DNA of 64,000 nucleotides. Source: Felis catus. Taxonomy: Eukaryota. A program made the translations under genes and the position numbers. Of this stretch, positions 12,811 to 26,619 are shown one piece after another. Under the pieces are notes generated by a model. That model saw nothing but the letters and a program-made list of their open reading frames with translations, searched no databases and was not told the DNA's origin. Numbering within the stretch: position 1 is the stretch's first letter; every line of letters begins with the position of its first letter. The DNA lies in the NCBI RefSeq assembly GCF_018350175.1, contig NC_058368.1, positions 208,446,001 through 208,510,000 on the forward strand, given 5' to 3'.

Positions 12811-13310
12811 TCATGTGGTCATGGTTGTGATATTACATTGCTTGGTCAAGATTCAATAAAATTGTCCCTAGGTCATATCTTGGGAGTAAGCAGATGATAA
12901 ATTCTACAGTATTACACAAAGACTTGTAGGTGGTCTGCCTCCCAAATTTGAGAACTACTGGGGTCACCCAGCTGTTTCAGTTTGTAACTGATGGACCAAA
13001 GGACTAAAGAGATGATTATGATCGCCTGCTGGGAGATTGCCTGAAGCACAGCTGTTACCAATCCATTCCTATTCTGCCTGGCTTTAGAGGCCATTCTAGA
13101 GCAGGTGGAATTGGACACTGATACTAAATGATGGAAGAGACTGGGCAAGTACTCAGGTGCCGTTGACATGTGGGATGGACTTTGGGAAAGTTTGGGGTCA
13201 CTTGGGTTTCCCCTTGATGTGGACCCTGAAGAGTTGTGTCTGGTGGTAGGTACTGGAGAGAGTACAGGATGAGCAGAAGGGGACAGCGCCTGGAAGGGGA
13301 TAAAGCAAGG

Positions 13311-13499
13311 CAGTGTTTCTCAAAGTGCCGCTGGTGGACCAACTGTGTGAGAATCAGGATCACCTAGAGTGTTTGTCACAGGGCAGGCTTTTGGACCCCT
13401 CGCCTTCTCAATCAGAATCTTTGGGAGTGGGGCCCAAGGAGCCATAGTGTAACAGGCTTTCAGTGGATACTTATGCATTGTAATGTTTGAGAATTACTG
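13311..13499. mobile_element. MER5-like hAT-Charlie MITE
   Basis: Terminal inverted repeats CAGTGTTTCTCAAA ... TTTGAGAATTACTG with internal aatcagaatct. Confidence 0.8.
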
Positions 13500-16271
13500 A
13501 GACAGATGATGAGCCTAATTCTGGCTTATAAAATTGAGCCTGGCTCAGAAATAAGAAACCAGCAAAAGGGCCATGAGTATCTGTGTGTCATCAAGATGAA
13601 GCTAATCAAATACAGTGGAAAGATACTCTGGCAATGAAAGAGAAATGAAGATTTCAGTGCGCCTCAAAATAAGAACATAATTTAGGAGAAACGACTAAAT
13701 AAATCTCAAAAGACTTCAGTTTGTACCCTTAAAACGCGATTCAGCAATGTTTTACAGCCTGTTGTCATTGTCATTTTTAATAAATGAATCTTCCCAAAAG
13801 AAAGTTTACAGTTTGACTTCAGAAACTCCCTCCACCTAGTGCTTCACAGAACTCAACAGGAGAGGGAACACATCTCTTTCTGTCACATTCGGCTGATTTG
13901 CACATGCAAGAGTCAGGGAGCATACATTTCCACAGAAGTCTAAGGATGAAAAGCCAGAACACTATTTGTATTGGGGGCACTTATGATATGATCCCATTCT
14001 GCTTTGCCTCACAACCCACCCGTCCATGGTTTCCATTAATATCTTCTCTGTCTCATCTCTGAAATTCTTCATCATCAATGGCTTATTGTTAAAAACTCTC
14101 TTCCTTAGCTTCGGGCTACTTTGCCAGACGGCTCCATGTTCCCCTGCCCCCCACCAAGGATTCTTTTTTTCCTGACTACTAAAGAATGAACTTCCTGATG
14201 ATGGTGGAGACTTGGACGTGGAGACTTTCAAGGATGTGGAGACTTTCTGTCCATGCCAATGGGATTTACCCCTTGGATCTTATTGGGCTGGTAAGACACC
14301 CTCACCCATCTAATGAACACCCCAAAATGTCAGAGACTCCCAGAGAGCTTTGCCCTAGACAGCCAAAAATCTCCATGGCAACAGCCATCCATCTGCTTAA
14401 CTTTTCCAGACAAGTTTTCTCTCCCTGGGGAGAGCTGATGGTGGAGCCTGTATTATTAGATCACACTTTGCATTCTTATCCCACGGATCGTTTAAAAAAG
14501 ATGTTCTTTAACTTTGTTTCTGAAAGCAAAATCGTTGCTCTTTCTTTGGACGTCTCTGCCTCCTTTCCACCCTGCCTCCTCTCCCCCTGCACTCCCCACC
14601 CCGTACACTGGCGGGCTATTAAACAACTTTAACACAGTTGCACTTTCTTTGCTCCATATCTGTGTTTTTGGCTTTCTGAGAGGAGGTATTGTGCTAGGCA
14701 GGACTATTTGATTGGAGAACTGTTTGGACTGGGGCAAGTACAATAGTTAAACAGGATTTTTTTTATGGAGCTCAATTTCAAGGCAAAAGAAGGCATCGTG
14801 AATGCACAGATAAGAAAAAATGAAAACGTCGGCATAGACAGGACACTTGGGTCCTCCTAAAATAAGAGTCCACACACACAACTTCAACTCAGCTTCACTG
14901 AGTTGGAAAGTTGACTTTGAAATGGAATCCAATCGCTGAACATCTCAGTCTGCGAAGAGACAGAATCAGAAAAAATAAAAAACATACACGCTCATGAACG
15001 CAAACCAAAACTTTCACAGCAGTACTTCTTAAAACCCAGCGTCTTCGTTTCTTCACAATTCTTCATTTTTTCCACCGCGTGGGTTTCACCAGCAGAATGG
15101 CCTTTCTTTCTCCAATGCTTTCTATAAAACTTCTAGAGATTGGAAGACATAAGCTTTATGTCAAAATGGCCTCCAAATTCTGATGCTACAGTGAACCACA
15201 GCGTAGTGGAAGAGAAAGGTTGCATGAACTCAAACCCTCACTGGAGAGAGAACAAGGCACTGTGACCCAAGGAAACAAACACAAACACATGGCCGGGAAC
15301 CAGAGACCAGGATTCTCAGCTCGACTCTTCCACTTTCTGGGTGGTCTTCCATGAGCTTTTCAGCTTATCTAGGTATTGATTTTTCTCACCCATGAATAGG
15401 TTAAATGAATTCAAATTTCTTCATAGCTCCAAATTTAGAAGGTACTGCCACTTGAGAACTAATATTTCTTTTTACGTTTCTGGCTCATCTTGCAGAGGAA
15501 ACTAAGCATGGTTTTCTTACCGCATGAGTGCTACAGGAAATCACTTGCCAGTGTTATTAGGATGAATCAAAAACTATTTTGTTCATTTTATTTTCATTTG
15601 CTGTCAAAAAGTCTGTGCTCCTCATGCTCAGAATGCTTCATATTGAGATAGTAGAGCAGCTTGCATAGCAACTTCATTTTCCACGACATCTTTCCTATAC
15701 ACTGTATCTCCGAGCACTTTACAGAGGTTCCGTAAATAACACAATTATGGAATTACAGGGGAGAAAGGAGTTTGAGAAAAACACAAGGAAGAAAAGACAT
15801 GAAGTGCAGATTTTTCCCCCCACGTTTTTACTGTGTGTACTGATATAAAGAAATTCTGCCCTCACTAGAGAATAACGTGGGCTAAAAAATATCACCTGTC
15901 TGGGGCTTTTTAACGTGATGGGACTTGTTCTCTGTGCTATTGCATGTGTTATGAGCTCAAACAGCTAGGACAAAATCTTATTAATTTCAAAGTCCACATT
16001 TTCAAGTGGATATGCTGGATGTTCCAAAGTTTGGAAGCTTAGAAACCTGGGGAGCATTTGGGTCTCTGAATCTCAGACCAGAACACATCAAAGTAACACT
16101 GGTGGGTCAGGGGGAAAAAAATTCCATAATAAAAACCTTGCCTCAAACCAGAGGTTTATTAAATATCAATACGGTGCTTTTCAGTTCAGTTAATAATTAC
16201 TAACGGGTTGGGTACACCAAGCACAGATGTTGACGTGACACGACAAACTTTTGGAAACAAGAAGTTCACAC

Positions 16272-16326
16272 GGACATGGACATGGTCCATGGACATGGAC
16301 AAGGACATGGACATGGACATGGTCCA
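16272..16326. repeat. (GGACAT)n degenerate hexamer tandem repeat
   Basis: ggacatggacatggtccatggacatggacaaggacatggacatggacatggtcca. Confidence 0.9.
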
Positions 16327-16597
16327 GATGTCAGAAATACTTCCTGCCCTTAGACACACATCTAGAAAGAGGTGAATTCATCCCATGCCATGGCTGATGC
16401 TCATTTATTCTCAGCATCACCAATGATTAGTATAAATTAATTTTTTTTAATTATAATTATTGTATACCTATACATAAATTATTATCGTTATTATCAATCA
16501 ACGTAAATAACTAGTAATACATTAATGGTGTGCATTTATGTTGCCACCTCTTTTTTCGACGCACTTGAGTTAATTTTGTCAAGAAGAAATAGCTATT

Positions 16598-16823
16598 GGG
16601 GCGCCTGGGTGGCTCAGTCGGTTAAGCGTCCGACTTCAGCCAGGTCACGATCTCGCGGTCCGTGAGTTCGAGCCCCGCGTCGGGCTCTGGGCTGATGGCT
16701 CGGAGCCTGGAGCCTGCTTCCGATTCTGTGTCTCCCTCTCTCTCTGCCCCTCCCCTGTTCATGCTCTGTCTCTCTCTGTCCCAAAAATAAATAAACGTTG
16801 AAAAAAAAATTAAAAAAAAAAAA
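16598..16823 (+). mobile_element. Young full-length felid CAN-SINE
   Basis: Near-consensus and CpG-rich; 17-bp TSD AAGAAGAAATAGCTATT at 16581-16597 and 16824-16840. Confidence 0.97.
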
Positions 16824-18674
16824 AAGAAGAAATAGCTATTGCCTTCTTTGATTATAAAAGCAATATGTACTCAAAGTAAAAAAAAAAAAAAAAAGGAAAG
16901 AAAAAGCAAGCAAGCATTGGAAGAAATTATATGATTTAGGCTGCAAAGCCTTCTCATCCCTCTAAATTCCTGAAATGTGTTAACCATATGTACTATTCAT
17001 TTGGGTTCCCTGAAACGTAGTGTTGACTTTTCAGGGTACAGGTTCCCTCCTCTCTGACTCTGCCCAACAGGGGAGGGAGTTCCTACACTTCCCAAAGCCC
17101 CTCATCCCATTCTGGCTCTAGACCTTCTTTTGTCTCCTTTATACAAGGTTGCACTCCATCTCTTCCCACTCACTCAGCTCCTCGAGAGAGCCCACTCCTT
17201 CCTGCCTTGACCCCAGAAGAGTTAGCCTTGAAAAGTTGACGCATGCCTTGCAAAAGTTGGTCACTCTCCATGGCATCTGGGAGGTGAGATGTTAAGAAGA
17301 GGTTGGAGAGGGAGAAGGTCACCACTTTGCACAACTGAGAGCGCACTCGTGCTGCGTTCCATGGGACGAGCGTCCACGTAGCCCCTGACAGGAGTGGATG
17401 GTACCTCAGAAGCTGTGTGACGTGCTGGCTTGGTGGCCGGCATGCTCAGAGAAGGATGGTGAGCTGGCACAGAGGAGGCACTCAGTGCACGCTCTCTGTT
17501 GTTGTAGGGGAAAGGGCAATCAATGGCTCCCACCACGGAGGCTCATCCACTGCTCACACACGAGGCCTCCTGACACGGCTGCCTCTTGGCCTTGTCTATG
17601 CTGGTCACACAGAAGCCCACCCACACTTCAGAATGACCTGTAGCTCGTCTTAAAACAGACACTAGTTGGCCTTTCCAGGACAATGCAGAAATCCTCCAAC
17701 TTGTAAAACAGTTCCCCCGATGCCCAAATGTGGTGAAAGTCTGTCAGTCTGAGCCAGCGAACCTTCCACACATCAAATGCCCTGCACTATCAACCAAACG
17801 TGCAATCTGGAAGTATGCTGACTGAAAATGGGAAGGGAAAAAAGTAAATGGCTTACAGTTCACATAATTTCTGTCGCTCCCTCCCCTCCCCGACCTCTTT
17901 TTGTGCCAATTTGAATCTTTTTAAAACTGGATTGATAAAAATGATGAAATGGCCAACCTCTTTCTTTTACTTTCTTAAATTAAAAACTCATAGCACTCCT
18001 GGGTCTGACTGACATTTGAAATTGTGTCAGAAGGATTAACATTTGTATCTGTTCCCTCCTCCTCCTTTCCCTTTCAGCCCTCCCTCAAGCCCAGCACCTT
18101 GAACCCTGGCTGCTTTGGGTTCTCCATTTCCAGGAAATGTCTATGTATGAGCCTTTCCCTAAATCCTTCTCAAAATGTATTTCTCTTAGGCCTCATTCAT
18201 TTACCTTCCAGGTAATAAAACTTGATGCATTGGTTTTTATTTATGACTGCTAATAACTTAATGTATTACCCTTTCTATAACTGCGCACCTGCATGCATTT
18301 GCACGTACACACATTTTAATAAGAGTCTTTAGTACTTTACCCAAAGGAATGAGCAGTGATGAAATTTTAAAATGGCCACAAATGCAGATATTTGGGGGTT
18401 AAGACTGCCTAAAGCTATAATGGAAGTAACAACAGGGCAAACTGGGTTGTCACCATCTTCATTCAAAGAGAACCTTGTCCCCCTCCTGTCCTCTCTCCTA
18501 CACCCTAACTAAAATACCCTAGACACAGCCAGCAGTCACCCATCACTTCTCCACATCACAGGGTAATAACTTCCCATGGCAAAGACAATGAAGATTCTAC
18601 TCCTGAAGAGGAAGAGGTCCTTGGGTTCTTAAAGCTCCAGAGTTTGACCTGGAGAGAATCTTAGTGGCTGCCTT

Positions 18675-19050
18675 GTTGGTCAGGATAGGTTAGCTGCTAC
18701 TTCAGTAACAAACAGCCCGGGATCTCAGTGGCTTAAAAACCAAAAACAAGTGTGTTAAATGAGGATCCACCAGGGGTTCTGCTCTGTATTGTCCACACTC
18801 TGAGACTCAGCTGGCAGAGCTTCCACTTTCTGGTTCCAACCTATCTGGTTGCCATGGTAGAAGGGGAAAGATGGGAGGGGGGAAGCGAGAGGGGGTGTGT
18901 GCACAAGCTATGAACATTTGATCAGAAGTTCCTCTAACAACTCCTCCAACACTTCATTCACCAAAGCAAGCCCATGGCCACACTCACTACCAAGTGGGTG
19001 TGGAAGCCAGATTCTACTGTCTGCCCGCAAGAGCAGTCAGAATATTTACG
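18675..19050 (-). mobile_element. MLT1-type MaLR LTR
   Basis: gtcaggataggttagctgct...agtaacaaacagcccgggatctcagtggcttaaaa ... caaagcaagcccatggcca. Confidence 0.65.
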
Positions 19051-19409
19051 GAAATTCCAACCGATTAACTTAGAGTATCACACACTATCGTATTACAGTA
19101 AAATGCTGAGAACAGAGCCTGGCATTTAGCAAGAGTTGTTGTTGCTGCTGCTGCTGTTGTTGTTGTTGTTGTTGTTACTATCTATGGGACAACAGATCCA
19201 GCTACATGAAATGATTACCTGAGGTCATACAACTAACTGGGAACAGTGATGAAAATGCACATTTATTGAAATCATATAGTTTTTTTTTTCTCTTAGTTCA
19301 TCTGAATTCCTAGAAAAGACATGATCAAACACAATAATTGGACCACCACATTCAACTAGATAACCAGTGTGGGGTTTGCTTTGTTTTCATACAGGATGAC
19401 TTTCTAGAA

Positions 19410-19630
19410 GAGGGATCAGCAATTTTTTTTCTGCAGTGGGCTAGTTGGTAAATGTTTTAGGCTTTGCAGGCCATACGGTCCCTGTCATGCGACTCAGCAC
19501 TGCCATTCTAGCACAAAGCAGCCACAGACAAGACATAAACCAGTGGGCAGGTCTCTGTTCCACCAGAACTTTATAAAAACAGAAAGTGGGCTGGATTTGG
19601 CCAACAAGCTGTACTTTGCCCAACCCTTCT
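19410..19630 (+). mobile_element. MER58A-like DNA transposon
   Basis: gtaaatgttttaggctttgcaggccatacggtccctgtc...ggatttggcc; same family as 840-1057. Confidence 0.85.
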
Positions 19631-20674
19631 TCTGGAACATCCTTCACTGGAGAAAGACCGGTCAATGGAAAGTCAGAACAAACCCAAAGAACCCTTGGGC
19701 GAGTTACCTCACCTCTCTGTGCCTGGGGGTCCTCTTCAGTACAAAACCTACTGTACAGGGTCGTTGTGAGCAAACAGGTCTGTATGTGCACCACACTTAG
19801 AAGAGTACCTGGCACACAGCAAACCCTCAAGTCACTGCCCCTTACTCTGTGCCAGCCGCTGTCCCCAATGCTGGAGGCTGGGTGGCTAGCAAAACAAAGT
19901 CCCTGCTCTCTTGAAACCAGTATTCTCGTCCAGCAAGTCAGACATAGAGACAACCAGATATGTAAGATGTCAAGGAGTGAAAAAGGCTGAAAAGGAAATA
20001 AAGCAAGATGGAGGGGAAAAGGGGCAGGGGCAAGACTCCAAGCAGAAAACTTCATGGTGGGAGTAAGCAAGACATGTGGACACCTGGAGACACATGGGGC
20101 TGGCACGTTTCAACACAGGTAAGAGCAGGTGCAAAATCCCTGAGCAGGAGCCTACACCAGTGTTCCCAGAGGGGAGAGGGGGCCTACCCAGCCAGGGGAA
20201 TCACTGCAGAGGGAGGGGGGGTTCAAACTGAGTCCGGGGGGAACGTGAGGAGGGCAGGTGACCGGCCCTGGTGAGGACTCTGGATGTAATTCTGCACGAG
20301 ACGGGGAGTATTATCACCATCATCAGTCATAACGATTGTTATCCTGTATGGTCAGCCCTGCTTGCCAGCACTTTTTCATCGCTCTTCCTTCTCCCCACCT
20401 CTTGTCCTTCTGCCCACCCTCTCTCCCCATCTATCTCTGCCTCTTTATCTGTGCTCCTGTAGGTGCTTTTTTTTGCCCTTTTGTAATCTTCTTTTGGGTA
20501 ATGCTTAGCTCAGTTGGTGGCACGTGAAACCAAGTTGCTCACTGCCCCCTGGGAAGGGTGGCCCAAGCCAGGGGGAGGATTTGACCTAATTCCTCAGATG
20601 CTGGGCATCAGACTGAAAAGGTTTAAGAAGAACAAGATGAGAATTAAAGCAAAGACCATCAAGAATATTTTGTT

Positions 20675-20882
20675 ATTTTTTTTTAAAGATGTATTTTTTT
20701 TGAGAGAGAGAGAGTGTGCAAGTGGAGAAGGGGCGGGGCGGGGGAGGACAGAAGATCTGAAGCCCAAAGCAGGCTCTGCACAGATAGCAACGAGACTGAT
20801 ACATGAATCGAACTCATGAGCCTTGAGATCATGACCTGAACTGACATCAAATGCTCAACCGACTGAGCCACCCAGGTGCCCC
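20675..20882 (-). mobile_element. CAN-SINE
   Basis: Ends ccacccaggtgcccc on +; T-rich tail upstream. Confidence 0.9.
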
Positions 20883-20947
20883 TTCCATCCTTTTTGCCAT
20901 GGGAGTTGTGAGTGCATGAGCGTTTACCCCAGAATATAACCAACTCT

Positions 20948-21165
20948 GGGGTGCCTGGGTGGCTCAGTCGGTTGAGCGTCCTACTTCGGCTCAGGTCATG
21001 ATCTCGTGGTTTGTGAGTTTAGGCCCCGCATCGGGCTCTGTGCTGACAGCTCAGAGTCTGCAGCCTGCTTTGAATTCTGTGTCTCCCTCTCTCTCTGCCC
21101 CTCCCCTGCTCATACTCTGCCTCTCTCTGTCTCTCAAAAATAAACAAATGTTAAAAAAGAAAAAA
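20948..21165 (+). mobile_element. CAN-SINE
   Basis: TSD AGAATATAACCAACTCT at 20931-20947 and 21166-21182. Confidence 0.95.
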
Positions 21166-21294
21166 AGAATATAACCAACTCTGGTTGCCAGGACTAATGG
21201 AGGTGACATAGATATTCCAAGTAGCTAAAAGTCGTCGTGCTTTCCACAGATACCTTTGTAAATAAACTGTTGTGTTCTGGTTAAACAAATATTA

Positions 21295-21316
21295 CATATA
21301 ATATAATATCTATATC

Positions 21317-21361
<45 letters not shown>
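21295..21361. repeat. (TA)n microsatellite, followed by a GA-rich tract to ~21462
   Basis: Direct inspection. Confidence 0.9.
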
Positions 21362-21366
<5 letters not shown>

Positions 21367-21669
21367 TGGCTCTTTGGATATATATTCCACATAGAGAGGA
21401 GTGAGAGATGGCTAGGAGAGAGAGAGAGGGAGAGGGAGGGAGGAGGGAGGGAGAGAGAGAGACAACACCATATGACCATCAATAAATCAATATCCAGGAT
21501 TGCTGTGTAATGTGCAGATTAAATCCAAGCACAAGAGCCCCTGGCCAAAAGTGCCAGCGGGTGCTGAAATCTTGTTGTGCTCACACATTTGTGGCTGCAT
21601 CTGTCTGCAGGGAAGTGCTTTGTAAACTTAATTTACAGAAGACCACATGTGGGCTCCTGACTCTTGTGT

Positions 21670-21825
21670 GCTTCTCAAACTCAAATGTAACATGAATCAC
21701 CTGGGGAATCTTATTCAAACACAGATTCTGACCCAGTGAGTCAGGAGCAGACCCCGAAATTCTGCATTTCTAACGAGCCCCCAGGTTTTGCCCTTACTGT
21801 CCTCCCTGGGCCATGCTTGAGTAAT
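21670..21825. mobile_element. MER5-like MITE
   Basis: gaatcacctggggaatcttattcaaacacagattctg...tctgcatttctaacgagccccaggt. Confidence 0.7.
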
Positions 21826-22246
21826 ACAGTGGGATTTTTAACACAACAGTAAATTCAAAAGTTTAAGTTACATTGTCTATTTTATTGCACTAAATGGTAA
21901 CATTTGTAATAACGTCTTGGCCAGAAGTGGACAGGTGTGTCATTTTTGGGTTGGGGACCGCTGAAGTTTCTAAAAGGAAATTTCCACAGTAAATTGACTT
22001 GGAAAAATGTTAACACATCTGTGGGGAAAAAATTCCAAATGTAGTTTGAATGTTGGCCTATTGGTATCCAAATGGCTGCAACCCAAGTGGATGCTTCAAC
22101 TCTCTGATCAGCTGTTCCAGGTTGGACCCTCTGGCATGAGCATGGTGTGAGGCCTGTCGTGAAAGGGCCAGAGTATTTGGCAAAGTGGTGCTGGGCAGTG
22201 ACACAGGGCCAAACGAGGTTGGCTTGTTAGGGCTTGTTGGCCTTGG

Positions 22247-22260
22247 GCGCCATCTCGTGG
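22247..22260 (-). promoter_or_regulatory. Candidate CTCF site (CCACGAGATGGCGC on minus)
   Basis: Close match to CTCF core CCASYAGRKGGCRS in unique sequence; CpGs retained. Confidence 0.6.
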
Positions 22261-23799
22261 TGAAAGCAAGAAAAAATATTTTAAATCTGGAACCGACCAA
22301 ATTTACTGCAATTCTCACTTATCTCACAACTATGCTGTTGTGTGAGACATTCGAATGAAGAACGGTGCATCTTAAAAATATTGGATTTCTAAAATGTATG
22401 AGTGGGAGTTTATAAATTCCTTTTATAAGTTGCTTTTCTAACTGTAAAGTTGACATTCTTGTTAAATTCACCACGTTGAGCTGGTGTCCACTCTTATTTG
22501 CTGTGTGACCAAGGCCAGATTATTTCATATTGCAGGGTCCTGAGTTCTGAGTCTGTAAATGCGACTAATAAATCTACTTCATGACACTCTAGTGCCCAGG
22601 GAAGGTGCTTGGCCCCAGTGCCTGGTAAGTGCTCAACCATGAGAGAAAAAAAGTGGCAGGAATTGTTATTGTTGGTTATAGTAGACAAAATAACAATGGT
22701 GGTCAGGAAAAAAAAGAAAAAACACAACGTTTTGTTATTTCCAATTTGCAAACTAGGAAAATGAGGTTCAGAGGTTGAGCGATTTATTCAAGACAACAAA
22801 TCCAACGTCAGATCTAGAGTTCAAATGCGGGTCTTTTAACCCTAGATCACGGACGCTTGCAATGACAAAGCTGCTTTCATCGTATGTATGACAAAGGGCA
22901 AAAAATATTAGTCAGCTTTCACTGAGTTATGCTGAAGCCACAATGGACTCCAAAGTCTCAGTAGCACATCAAACACAACGGCCTATTTCTTGCTCATGTC
23001 ACATGGGCTTCAACAGTTGACTGAGCTCTGACTGCTCCTATCAGCTGTGGGCAGAGAAAGTGAGCAGAGTTGAAGGTCCACTGGTGAAACTGGTGGGAAA
23101 GCAAGGCATCTGTATACTGATTATTTCTATATTTTCTATGAAGTTATGAAGCAAGGCCACCTAATGACCATGAGGCAAGGCAAAAATTTTGGAAATGCAA
23201 GGAAAGATAAGGTGGGGCTGTGTACTTATTAGGAAAATGTAGTCTTCTGTTCCATGGTAAGAGTCCATTGGAGCTATTGGTCATAAGTGTGAGGCGGGCT
23301 CAGCCAACTCTGCTGTGTGATTCCCTCCAGGAAACTGAGCTTGCTTGGGTTCTGGTGTGGACTAGGCAGAAAGTTGGGATGAGGTCTTGCTGGGCGAATA
23401 CAACATTGGGAGAGGGGGCAAGGGAGGTAAGGATGTTTTAATATTTTTTGTCAAAAACGTAAACTTCTAAGTCTGGAGGGAACTCAGAGGTCATGCAGCG
23501 CCTTCTGCCCACTCTACAGGTGAAAAATGGAGGCTCTAAGTAGACAAAGGACAGCCTGAAAGCTATGAAAGGAGGCAGAGAGTATCCTGGAAAGTAATCC
23601 TTCGTGAGAAAAGAATGTTCACATGGTGCCGCATTGCTGTGGGCCACTCCTGTGCCTGCTTTCCTTCACACAACTCTTCCCCTGCCTTGAGAGGTCCCCT
23701 TATGCCACCAGAGCTTCCTGAAATGAAGATTTTATCCAAATCCTGGCTATTCATGGCTTTGAGTGCAGCAGCTCCTGTCCCGGGAATTGGGGATATGGT

Positions 23800-24215
23800 A
23801 GATTGAGTTCGGTGGCCCCAATTTTTCAGCCCTCTCCGTATTCATACTGTTCATCATGTGGCTTTGAAGTTCTTCCTTTCCCATCCTCTGACCTTGGGTT
23901 TGGCCATGTGACATGACATGCTTTGCCCAGTGGGATGTTAGAAGAGGTGATGTAACCAGAGGCTTGAATTGTGCCTGGCCAGTTGGATTTCTGTCCTCTG
24001 CATGACAAAAACATGCTCAAGAACCCCACTGATCCAAGGGTGAGGAGAGACTCTGAACAGAACTGTCACCAACCTGCAGCTTTGAGCCCAGTCTAGCCCC
24101 ACCTGGATCAGTCGCCTGCAGCTGACCTGCAGCTGTGTGAGCAGTGGTAGATAATCCCACCGAGGTTTGGGGTTATTTGGTACACAGCATTTTTGTGGCA
24201 ATAGGTTACTATGTA
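23800..24215 (+). mobile_element. MLT1-type MaLR LTR
   Basis: tttggccatgtgac...gggatgttag...aggtttggggttatttggtacacagcatttttgtggcaataggttac matches the MLT1 3' end. Confidence 0.75.
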
Positions 24216-26062
24216 GAAGTATCCTTTTGAAAATTGATTATGCCTACTTTCTTGTCATTCACCTTTCTCCTAAATACAGGGCACCACGGCACTTGTAGAA
24301 AATTGAGGATCTCCATTTATCAAAGCTTTGCCATAGCGTGATGCCATTTCTGACTAAATATGTACAAGCCTTGTGGGAAGAGAAAAATGTTGACATGCAT
24401 ATTCCAACTCCCCGGGAAAAAGTTAGGGGAAGGGAGGAAGCCACTTTTACTCAGACTTTTGGTTTTTCATTTTCATTTGCCATCCACATATCAGCTGTAA
24501 AAGAGAGATGACAAAGAAGAATGGTGCAGTGAGAGTCTGAAGACAGGGAAGGAACATGGGTGGGTAAGAGCAGGAGGGGAGAGGGGAAGGCTGGAAAAAA
24601 GTCTTGACAGAAAGGGAAAGGGGCAGATTTCCCACTGGAAAATACAAGGAGTTGGGGATGAGGAGAATAACAGAGAAGGTGGCCCTCCTTATTGCAGAAT
24701 GCTAACAGACATATTTATTTGTTTTAACAAACAGAAGGTGTGCTATAGCATAACAACTAAATTTCTGAACTGTGTTTCATAGTGTACGTAGCTGATTTCA
24801 GGTACTTCTGTATTTCATGCCATAGTACATTGGAGACAGTTACAACTCCCCCCACCCAGCCCCACCCAGCCTTTGGGACATCATGTTGGAATTTGGTAGG
24901 TTACAACATAGGCAATATGGACCCCCACTCTCTGCTTCCCCATTGCCGACACTGTTGATATTGGGAAGTGACATCTGGAGCGAAAGGTAGTAAGAACAGG
25001 AATAGGGAAAGAGGAGAAAAGAAGAGCCAGAGTGGTCACCAAGAGATGGTCACCCATTCTGCTCCAGCAGACACTTTGCACTCCTGGTTGACAGCCCAGG
25101 CCCAGCCCAGAACCAATGGTTGGCTGGCCTCCGTTCTGCAGCCTGAGGACAGGAGTGGGGCATGGGTTTGCAGGGCTGGAAAGTGGGCAGATGACGTGAC
25201 CACCATTTTCTCTACCACATCTAAATGTATTTATGGGATCTGGGTTTGTGCAGTCATGCCTCTGTCCTTTTCCTCATTCCCATATTTCTTTCAAGAAGTC
25301 TCCCAGTTCTCAAGATGGAACCATAGGTATAACTGCACCTATGCCGGAATCATGGCAGGTCAGCTTCCCCTTGGAGATGGCTCACTGGGGCCTCCAGAAC
25401 ACTGCTCTCCAAAGTTATTTGGCCCAAAGACATCACTTTCATTCACTTAATTTCCACTTAATTCACTTAATCTCCTGAGTGGAGGAGTAAAGGGGAGGTA
25501 CACAGGTGAAGGCTGGGAGTTGTGCACATACCTAAGCACACCCATGGGAAGTCACCAAGCAAATAAATCCAATGTGAAGAAAGAAAGATTGAGAACCATA
25601 TTTCGAATGCATCTTCTGCCATAAGGCATACTATGTCCAAGCTTTCCCATATAGTATTATGTACCCCATTTTGAAAGCTTTGGGGAGAACAAGGGCCCAA
25701 ACACTCCTTAATAACACAAGCCTCTGAATCTTTCCTTTTGTGTAGACATATTCCCTCAAACATGTGTTCAGGTAGGCTCTACCTCCCAGCCCTCGTGGAA
25801 GTAAGTGGCTTGTTGGAACACTCCTGCTGCCCTCTGCCTTCAGTTCCTCTGCTATTAGGGATGCTGGCTGTTGAATTTTGGTTTTGCCACTTTCTAGAAT
25901 TTCTAACTTTAGGAAAGATGCTTTGCCTCTCTTCCTCTATTTCCTCACCTATAAAATGTGGCAAGTAATAGGATGTCTTTCATAGTGTGCTTGCAAAGAT
26001 CAAATAGTAAAGTAAATAAAGTACCTAGAACAATACCTAAAATAGTGTTCTATAAATATTAG

Positions 26063-26151
26063 TCAACAATAGTCAAATTATGGAAAAAACCCAAGTGTCC
26101 ATCGACTGACAAATGGATAAAGAAGATGTGATATATATATACACACATACA

Positions 26152-26183
<32 letters not shown>

Positions 26184-26605
26184 ATGGAATACTACTCAGC
26201 AATGAAAAAGAACAAAATCTTGCCATTTGCAACAACATGGATTGAATTGGTGGATATTTTGCTAGGCTAAGTAACTCAGTCAAAGAAAGACATATAAAAT
26301 TTCACTCGTATGTGGAATTTGAGAAACACAACAGATGAATACAGGGGAAGGGAAGGAAAAATGAGATAAAAACACAGAGCGAGGCAAAACCATCAGAGAC
26401 TCTTAAATACAGGGAACAAACTGAGGGGTGCTGAAGGGGAGGTGGATGGGGGGGTGGGTTAAATGGGTGATGGGCATTAGGGAGGCCACTTTTCAGATGC
26501 GCACTGGGTGTCATATGTAAGAGATAAGTCACTGGGTTCTACACCTGAAGCCATGACAACACTGTATGTTAACTAACTTGACTTTAAATAAAACATTTTA
26601 AATTT
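26063..26605 (+). mobile_element. 5'-truncated carnivore L1 (ORF2 end plus 3'UTR) with internal (TACA)n
   Basis: aaacccaagtgtccatcgactgacaaatggataaagaagatgtg...tgccatttgcaacaacatgg...atgttaactaacttg; TSD ATAAATATTAG at 26052-26062 and 26848-26858 encloses this L1 plus a SINE in its tail. Confidence 0.92.
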
Positions 26606-26619
26606 AAATTAAAAAAATA

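Noticed and set aside
13962..14632. Overlapping 89-aa and 148-aa ORFs in unique DNA
   Set aside because: No recognisable homology, non-ATG or weak starts and no supporting exon structure.
16598..16680. tRNA-like A and B boxes
   Set aside because: They are the tRNA-derived heads of SINEs, not tRNA genes.
19441..20106. Longest ORF (221 aa, minus)
   Set aside because: Runs through MER58A and MIR/L2-like repeat remnants; no protein-family resemblance.
24880..25470. 160-aa ORF / possible ancient ERVL-type LTR (similar impressions at ~23.3 and ~28.6 kb)
   Set aside because: No protein homology recognised; LTR ends and TSD could not be defined by eye.
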